From a candidate division WOR-3 bacterium (lineage in GTDB: Bacteria; Hydrothermota; Tepidihabitantia; Tepidihabitantales; Tepidihabitantaceae): a stretch of DNA of 64,000 nucleotides. Below the pieces are notes generated by a model. The model searched no databases and had not been told where the DNA came from. It worked only from the letters and a program-made list of their open reading frames with translations. Shown one piece after another: positions 57,705-64,000 of this stretch (position 1 is its first letter; each line of letters starts with the position of its first letter). The stretch covers positions 96,001 through 160,000 of the forward strand of contig CBFGJX010000003.1 of the NCBI GenBank assembly GCA_965649225.1, given 5' to 3'. Made by a program: the position numbers and the translations under genes.

Positions 57705-60701
57705 CTAACGAACCATCAGCTTGCGGAAGGCTGATAATTCGTCCGACTCAATTCGGAGCAGGTACACCCCGGCTGCCAGACCGCGCAGGTCAAGCGCCGC
57801 GGTCGTGCCCCTGCCCAGCTGTACCGGCATCTGCACTATCAGTCGACCAGTGGCATCATAGAGCATTGCTCTGCCGAACGTTGTCGCCGGCAACTCCCAG
57901 CAGATTGTCGCCACACCCGAAACAACCGGATTGGGGACGACTCGCAAGACCCCGGTTGCAGCGATTGGCCGCGCCATCACGCCGGACCGCTCGGGCAAAC
58001 TCAGCACCGTTGTCGCTCCCGGCGTGTACATCCAGAACTCCAGAGTCTTGTTACCCTTCAGGGCATAGAGGCGGTCATCGTACTCGACGATGTCCCCGCC
58101 GCCTTTAACCCGCTTTTTCTTCTGGCTCGAGCCAACCTGCGGCATCGTATCCAGCTCCAGCCACGAGTCGCCGCTGACATCATAGTACCAGAACTCGGCG
58201 GTATTGCCGCCCTTCAACGCCCAGATGGCATCGTCGAAGTAAACCGCTGAACCGCCGTCCTTGCTCTTTTTGCTCTTGCCGGTCTTGTTCGACAAAAGCG
58301 GCATTCCGGCGAGAGAAACACTCGACCAGGTCTTGGTCGTGGTGTTGTAGGTGAACAGCTCGTGGTACTTGGCCTTGTGGGCGTAAATCAGCGAACTGTC
58401 GTTGCCGAACCGGCGCGCGACAATCCATGACCCCTTGTCCCACTTCGGCTTGGCGCCGGCCGGCGCATCCGGCAGGCTGTCCCAGTGCAGACTCTGAGTG
58501 TTGAACCGGTAGAACTCCGACTTGTAGCCCTTGAGCAGATAGACGTAGTTCGAATCGCCGCCGCGGCCGCGCAGATAGAGCATGTCGGTACCGCCCTTGA
58601 CCTTCTTGTTCGATGGCCCGAGCGGTACATCGGGCAGCTGTTCCCAGGTCTCAGCGCCGATATCGTAACGCCAGAAACCGGCGGTGTTGTTGCCCTTGGT
58701 ACAGTAGATGTAGTCGTCATCACCGCCGCAGGCTGCCGCTCCCTTGCCGGGCGCCTTGGCCTCAGCACCAAGCGGGATACCGGTAAGCTGATGCCAGACC
58801 AGCGAATCGGCATCGCAGAAATAGAAATCAGCGGTCTTGTTGCCCTTGGCGACAAAGAACCGCCCGCCCTTTTCCACCAGCCAGCCGCCGTCCTTGATTG
58901 CCTTGCCCGAAGGCGGCAGCGGCAGTTGTGATACCTCGGTCCAGGTGCCGGCGGTCACGACATTGACGTTAAAGCTCGCAGTGGCAGTGTCGTTGGCGGG
59001 GTTCTGGTCGCCGGCAAGTACGGTCCAGGCCACGGCCGTATAGGTCCCGACCGGATTTGCGGCCCAAGTGGCGAAACTGCGGTTGACCGTGCTGTTGCCG
59101 TTAAGCGTCAGGCCGAGCACCGAATCGCGGTAGACTTCGGCATTGGCCGCATCGCGGATGACATAGTAGGCGTTGAAAGTGGCGTTCTCGGCGGTGTGAT
59201 TGCGGAAACGGGCGCGCGGGGTGACAACCGTTCCCGGTGTAATCAGACCCACTGGCGCCAGAATGTCATCGGTGCCGACATCGCCGCCGACCACCTCAAC
59301 CGAACCCGACCGGGCATTATTGGCTGCCACCAGGTCTCCCGGTGCCCGGGTTGAACAGACCACGGCATAGTTGCCGGCCGGACTGGCAGTCCAGGTCGGG
59401 AAGGTTACATACAGGCTGGTCCCGGGGGCGTGATTGTTGACGGTGACGTCTTCACTGTAAGCCGTGCCAATCCGCATCCGCACCGGATACGACAGCGTCT
59501 GGTTGCCGTAGTTGTACACCGAACACGCCGGCGTCACATTTGTGCCGATCGTGACCGTCCCGGCCGGTGCCAGCAGATGACTGACTCCGACATCGGGAAT
59601 CACGCCGATATCGTAGCGCTCGGGCACGCCGACGATGTTGGCATCGGAGAGATGGCGGCCACCGAACACCCACAGACCCGGGATTCCGCTCTGCCCCGGG
59701 CTGCCCGGAATCAGTACGCCGGCATGATTGCGCCGGGCAGTATCCAGCGGGGGGAAACTAGACCAGGTATTGGTCGGCACATCATAGATGTAGCAGGCCG
59801 CGGTTTCTGCCGGCCAGGAACCGCCGCCGGCAACGATGACCTTGTTCTGGAAAATGTACGGCGCACTGGCGCCGATGCCAAAAGCCCGGCCCTCACCGCA
59901 GACCTGCGGCAGTGCTGCAACCGCGGTCCAGCCTGCCGCCGGCGTGCGGGTGTCGAAGCGATGACAGGCATCCACCGCGTTCAAGGGCAGCGTCCCCTGG
60001 TTGACGGTATCGCCGCCCATCGCATAGATGACACTGTCCACCGCACACAGGTTGATGTAACAACGCGGGACCGGCAGGTCGGCCGTGGTCAGTTGCGTCC
60101 AGCGGGTCCCGGCCGGCGCCAGCGGATTGTAAACCCAGGTCCCCCGCACGACCGTGTAGGGCGTACCACTGAGATAAGCACCGCCGGTGAGATAAAGCTT
60201 GTTGTTCACCACGACGCAGTTGAACGCCGAATAGACCCGGCCCAGACTGTCACGTCCCGGGAAAGAGTCGGTCGTAACAACCCGCACTGTGTTGGAACGG
60301 GGATAATACACCTGCACCGCCGCAGTGTTGACCCCGGCGGAGCCGCGGCCGCCGACGATATAGAGGCCGTAGGTATCACCAGCCGCCAGATTGTAGTTGT
60401 CCCGGAGCAGACAGATGTCGTAGTTGGAAACCGCCACCGGCATGTCAACACCCATGTCGGTAAACACGCCGGTTCTCGGGTTGAAGCGCCAGACGCTGGA
60501 ATCGGTGGCAAGCGTACTCAGCCGGCCGCCCAGAAAATACACCATACCGGTGTCACCGGACGGCGAATTGAGCGGGAAGTACTCGCCGTCGAAGCGGGTG
60601 TAGCGAAAATCAAGCGGCTGAGTCGGGCCATTCTGCCAGGCTTGGGCCAACGCACCGGCGGTCAGTGCCAGAAGCACTGCGCCAATCGTCAATCCTCGCA
60701 T
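57705..60701 (-). CDS. Secreted canonical Kelch propeller + 2 CARDB/Ig-like repeats + Lys-rich Kelch-like propeller + T9SS-type tail
   Basis: ATG 60701 after GGGAGG; signal peptide; YFLGG/YIVGG/YLTGG/YAMGG/IVAGG/WVFGG Kelch blades; YDATGR..GVYLLRI..KLMVR. Confidence 0.87.
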   Translation of the reverse strand: MRGLTIGAVLLALTAGALAQAWQNGPTQPLDFRYTRFDGEYFPLNSPSGDTGMVYFLGGRLSTLATDSSVWRFNPRTGVFTDMGVDMPVAVSNYDICLLRDNYNLAAGDTYGLYIVGGRGSAGVNTAAVQVYYPRSNTVRVVTTDSFPGRDSLGRVYSAFNCVVVNNKLYLTGGAYLSGTPYTVVRGTWVYNPLAPAGTRWTQLTTADLPVPRCYINLCAVDSVIYAMGGDTVNQGTLPLNAVDACHRFDTRTPAAGWTAVAALPQVCGEGRAFGIGASAPYIFQNKVIVAGGGSWPAETAACYIYDVPTNTWSSFPPLDTARRNHAGVLIPGSPGQSGIPGLWVFGGRHLSDANIVGVPERYDIGVIPDVGVSHLLAPAGTVTIGTNVTPACSVYNYGNQTLSYPVRMRIGTAYSEDVTVNNHAPGTSLYVTFPTWTASPAGNYAVVCSTRAPGDLVAANNARSGSVEVVGGDVGTDDILAPVGLITPGTVVTPRARFRNHTAENATFNAYYVIRDAANAEVYRDSVLGLTLNGNSTVNRSFATWAANPVGTYTAVAWTVLAGDQNPANDTATASFNVNVVTAGTWTEVSQLPLPPSGKAIKDGGWLVEKGGRFFVAKGNKTADFYFCDADSLVWHQLTGIPLGAEAKAPGKGAAACGGDDDYIYCTKGNNTAGFWRYDIGAETWEQLPDVPLGPSNKKVKGGTDMLYLRGRGGDSNYVYLLKGYKSEFYRFNTQSLHWDSLPDAPAGAKPKWDKGSWIVARRFGNDSSLIYAHKAKYHELFTYNTTTKTWSSVSLAGMPLLSNKTGKSKKSKDGGSAVYFDDAIWALKGGNTAEFWYYDVSGDSWLELDTMPQVGSSQKKKRVKGGGDIVEYDDRLYALKGNKTLEFWMYTPGATTVLSLPERSGVMARPIAATGVLRVVPNPVVSGVATICWELPATTFGRAMLYDATGRLIVQMPVQLGRGTTAALDLRGLAAGVYLLRIESDELSAFRKLMVR

Positions 60702-60816
60702 ACTGCCTCCCTTGGGCAATGCTGCTTCTGCCTTTCCTTTTGCCCAAAAAAGAAAAGGCCCCCCGGCTGCCCCTCGCCGCCGGGGCACGCTGCCTGTAAC
60801 CCGAACGGGCACCACA

Positions 60817-60845
60817 ATACTAATTCTGCTGTCGAAAACTGTCAA
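60817..60845 (-). promoter_or_regulatory. Sigma70-type promoter of the 57705-60701 gene
   Basis: TTGACA-N17-TAGTAT. Confidence 0.65.
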
Positions 60846-61189
60846 CAGCCAAACCGAAGCGCAACGAGAAAGCCGGGCTCATCTCAGGTTAGAGCCGGCA
60901 ACGGCTTTCCCGGCGACATCTGCCCGCTGTTTTCCAGAAGCCGCCAGCTCCACCCACCCGGCCAGGTTCAATCGGGTCAAACACTTGCGCTGCGGTTTCG
61001 AAGTTGGATGCTGGATTTCCGCGTGGTCATTGACCGTATCCGGACCGCTCTCCCCGCAGTATTGACTGCGGTAGAAGGCTGCAAAACCCAAAATCCCGAC
61101 CCCGGCTGTCTTGTTTGAGCCGGGCCGGGCTGATACGGTCATTTATTTCACCGTCGGGCGCACGACATCGGATTGAGGCAGCCGGGCCG

Positions 61190-61225
61190 AAAAAGCTGCG
61201 GCGGGGAGTTTTCTCCCCGCCGCAG
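61190..61225 (-). terminator. Intrinsic terminator after the 61243-63075 gene
   Basis: ctgcggcggggag/ctccccgccgcag stem with a U-tract on the minus strand. Confidence 0.85.
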
Positions 61226-61242
61226 ACAAAACACTGTTCGTG

Positions 61243-63075
61243 CTACCGGGCGATGACGACCTTCGCCACCGGCACAGTGCTGCCGATCGCCCGGGCAAAG
61301 TAGATGCCCTCGGGCAGCAGCCGGCCCCGGCTGTCGCGGCCATCAAACCGGGCACTGCCACGCTCCAGCTCGAGGGTACGGACGACCGTACCGGTCGCAT
61401 CATAGACCTCGACTCCGGTCGGATTGCCCGGCGCATTCTGCAGTTGCAGCAATGTCACGCTGCCGAACGGATTCGGGTTGACCTCAATCCGGGCCCGCGG
61501 CCGCACCGGCGCCGGCGCAAGCTCCATCAGCCCGACCGGTCCGGACACGGTCGCGTTGGCCATCACGTCCTGCCGCGGTGCATCACGACCGGGCGCCCAG
61601 ACGCCGGTGTACTCCCAGCCCTGATACGACAGCGGCGGCACCGAGTCCATGCCGAACGAAGGTGCCGAAGACACCGCCGACATCGCGCCGACAAAGAAGC
61701 CGCCCGAGGTGATGACCGCCGGGGTCGGCAGGGTCAGCGAATACCAGTTGGCGGCGCTGACATTGATGTCGCTGATGTAAAGCGTTTCGCCCGGCGAACC
61801 GCCCGGACCGTTATCCTTGAACAGACCGAGCGCGCAGGTCGTCGGGCTGGTCGCCTGAGCGTAGATTCGAATCGCGCTGATTGAACAAGGATACACCGGC
61901 GGATAGAAGAAGTTGCCGAATCCGCCCGGCCCGTTCCACGACATTGACGCCGTCGGTGTGCCGCGGTCATAGGTCAGCGTTGCCGGCATCGTGATTACCC
62001 GGTACTCAATCTTGGCCGTGTCGTTGGTCGGCATCACGTCGCCGGTCAGCCGGGTATAGATTGACAGCACGTAGGTACCGGTGGCGGTTGGCGTGTAAAC
62101 ATTCGGGAACACCACCGAGTCGCTTTCACCCGGATTCATCGCCCGGGCCGTGGCGGAATCAAAGAACACCACCGAGCCATTGGTGCGGGCCACCCGGGCA
62201 TAGACCTTGAACGCCGGCTCAGGCTGATTGCCGAAATTGCGGAACACGCCCCAGAAACTCTGCGGGCGGTTGTTGATGCCGAAGAAAGCGGCGGTCTTCT
62301 CGTTCATCGCCTTGTGGGTGCCGACGTCGTGCACCTGATAGGTGGTCGACTCCGGCGGGAAGAACCGCACTGCCAGCGCCGGATGATACATGTTGCCCGG
62401 CGGAATCGTGCCCGACAGATAGTTCAGCCCGACGCTGCCCGAGACATTCTCGATGCCGGTCTGGTTGCTGGTCGGCGCCCAGCCCTGATACGGCGCGCCC
62501 GACTGCTCCTTGTACTGGAAGGTAATCGCCGAGTCCGGCTTCGACAGGATAATCTGGAAACTGTTGTTGCCGCCGGTGCTCCAGAACGCGATGGAGTCGA
62601 ACTGAACGATGAAGGTGTCCTGGGCCGGGTTGGTCCAGTACCAGGCCGAACCGCGGGGCGAGCCGCCCGAACTCGGGTCGAGGTCACTCATCAGAATCGC
62701 CAGCGTATTGTTGGTGCGCAACGGCGAAGGCACCGGATTGAACGGCGAAGCGTTGAGACCGTTGTCGCCGAAGGTGATGTAGCCGTTGGAACCGACATAG
62801 ACCGAGTTGACGCGGTACCAGTAGTAGGGGAAGTTGAAACCGATCGGGAACGGCCCGACGACATTGTCGTCACCCAGACCGGTGATGCGGGTGCCGATAC
62901 CCTTGATGTCAACCCAGTTGTAGGTCGGCGCACCCGGTGCGGTCGTGTCGGAATCGAGGTAGCGGTAACCGTAGGCATCCGGCCCGCCGCCGCCCGCGAT
63001 TACCGGCGCACTGACGCTGCCCGGATTGACCGGCGAGACAGCGACCAGCGCGATCGCAATAATGGACAGAATCAC
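61243..63075 (-). CDS. Secreted protein with nidogen-like domain, CARDB/Ig-like domain and FlgD/T9SS-type tail
   Basis: GTG after AAGGAGG; GGPDAYGY, IGFNFPYY, SNGYITF, DLDP, FQIIL..ITFQY; NPNPF..YDATG..FDGRD..GIYF. Confidence 0.82.
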   Translation of the reverse strand: MILSIIAIALVAVSPVNPGSVSAPVIAGGGGPDAYGYRYLDSDTTAPGAPTYNWVDIKGIGTRITGLGDDNVVGPFPIGFNFPYYWYRVNSVYVGSNGYITFGDNGLNASPFNPVPSPLRTNNTLAILMSDLDPSSGGSPRGSAWYWTNPAQDTFIVQFDSIAFWSTGGNNSFQIILSKPDSAITFQYKEQSGAPYQGWAPTSNQTGIENVSGSVGLNYLSGTIPPGNMYHPALAVRFFPPESTTYQVHDVGTHKAMNEKTAAFFGINNRPQSFWGVFRNFGNQPEPAFKVYARVARTNGSVVFFDSATARAMNPGESDSVVFPNVYTPTATGTYVLSIYTRLTGDVMPTNDTAKIEYRVITMPATLTYDRGTPTASMSWNGPGGFGNFFYPPVYPCSISAIRIYAQATSPTTCALGLFKDNGPGGSPGETLYISDINVSAANWYSLTLPTPAVITSGGFFVGAMSAVSSAPSFGMDSVPPLSYQGWEYTGVWAPGRDAPRQDVMANATVSGPVGLMELAPAPVRPRARIEVNPNPFGSVTLLQLQNAPGNPTGVEVYDATGTVVRTLELERGSARFDGRDSRGRLLPEGIYFARAIGSTVPVAKVVIAR

Positions 63076-63261
63076 TCTGACCTCCTTTTGGCCCCTTGTC
63101 GTTCAGGGCCTTTACTGTTCTTGCTGACTGTGCCGGATTGTCCGGCGCGGCAACCACCGCCGCTTCCAGAATATATGCGCACCTGCTCCGGTGTCAAGCC
63201 GCTATCAGCATCGGCTGTCACTTGCTTGACTTGTCCGGTCGGTCGTCAACAATGTCCCGTC

Positions 63262-64000
63262 ATGGACAAATTTCTCATCCGGGGTGGCCGGCGGCTTGAA
63301 GGCCGGGTTTCGGTCGCCGTGGCCAAGAACGCGGTTCTGCCGATACTGGCCGCCTGTCTGCTCACTGATGAACCCTGCACGATCCGGGGTGTACCCCAGC
63401 TCGAAGACGTCGCGACGATGCTGCGGCTCTTGACATCGATGGGAGCGCAGGTGACCCGTCGCGGCGGCACGGTCACGATCACCGCCGCCGGCAGAATTGA
63501 CCGCACCGCTCCCTACGACATCGTCCGCAAAATGCGCGCCTCCTATTACGTGCTCGGCCCGCTGTTGGCGCGCTTCGGCGACTGCCGGGTATCGCTGCCC
63601 GGCGGCTGCGCAATCGGTCCGCGGCCGGTTGATCTCCATCTCAAAGGCATCGGTGCGCTCGGCGCCCGGATTGCGGTCGAACACGGCTATATCCACGCCA
63701 CCGGCCGGCAACTGCAGGGCAGCCCGATGGTACTGGAAGGAGCCAACGGCCCCTCGGTCGGCGCAACCTGCAATGTGATAATGGCCGCCGCGCTCGCCCG
63801 GGGCGAAACCGTCATCGAAGGCGCGGCCGCCGAACCGGAAGTCGCCGACCTCGCCGACTTCATCAACTGCCTCGGTGGCCGGGTCGAAGGCGGCGGCAGT
63901 TCCACTGTCCGCATCCGCGGCGTCCGCCGGCTGCACGGCGCCGAATACCGGCCGATACCCGACCGCATCGAAGCCGGCACCTTTGCCGCGGCGGCGGCCA
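63262..64000 (+). CDS. murA: UDP-N-acetylglucosamine 1-carboxyvinyltransferase (runs off the right edge of the window)
   Basis: Not in the ORF track; translated by hand: MDKFLIRGGRRLEGRVSVAVAKNAVLPILAA..KMRASYYVLGPLLARFG..SLPGGCAIGPRPVDLHL..PDRIEAGT. Confidence 0.96.
   Translation, partial: MDKFLIRGGRRLEGRVSVAVAKNAVLPILAACLLTDEPCTIRGVPQLEDVATMLRLLTSMGAQVTRRGGTVTITAAGRIDRTAPYDIVRKMRASYYVLGPLLARFGDCRVSLPGGCAIGPRPVDLHLKGIGALGARIAVEHGYIHATGRQLQGSPMVLEGANGPSVGATCNVIMAAALARGETVIEGAAAEPEVADLADFINCLGGRVEGGGSSTVRIRGVRRLHGAEYRPIPDRIEAGTFAAAAA

Noticed and set aside
59430..61118. 562-aa plus-strand ORF (likewise 42850-44370, 21300-22679, 7828-9042, 36768-37973 and 14572-15762)
   Set aside because: Antisense to well-supported genes and lacking any domain signature.

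Overview
GC-rich bacterial chromosomal segment with about 43 CDS and no rRNA, tRNA, CRISPR or transposase that I can support. The host is inferred to be a diderm anaerobe with FCB-like secretion tails; the gene set resembles candidate phylum WOR-3, but this is inference only. Housekeeping genes are a purH-like AICAR transformylase, queH, porCDAB, an Fpg-like protein, parAB, murJ, murA, lepB, Hsp20 and PAC2. Eight large secreted proteins carry T9SS/FlgD-like C-terminal tails. Four of them share a conserved Lys-rich Kelch-like propeller behind different N-terminal heads. The best candidate for an undescribed system is a self-contained four-gene operon at 12320-17925 (minus strand). It encodes an unknown 282-aa protein, two divergent DUF2791/BrxD-like ATPases (one with a PcrA/UvrD-type Tudor-like N-terminus) and an Lhr-like helicase, with no PglX/PglZ, TerB, nuclease or methylase. 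Also notable: a sigma54 promoter with enhancer repeats and an IHF site driving a 73-aa membrane protein, a tandem pair of apparently inactivated nuclease-like paralogs, a degenerate Fpg, widespread leaderless promoters with 16-bp spacers, shared ECF-type promoters, and structured 5' leaders. All family calls come from motif recognition; no database search was run.
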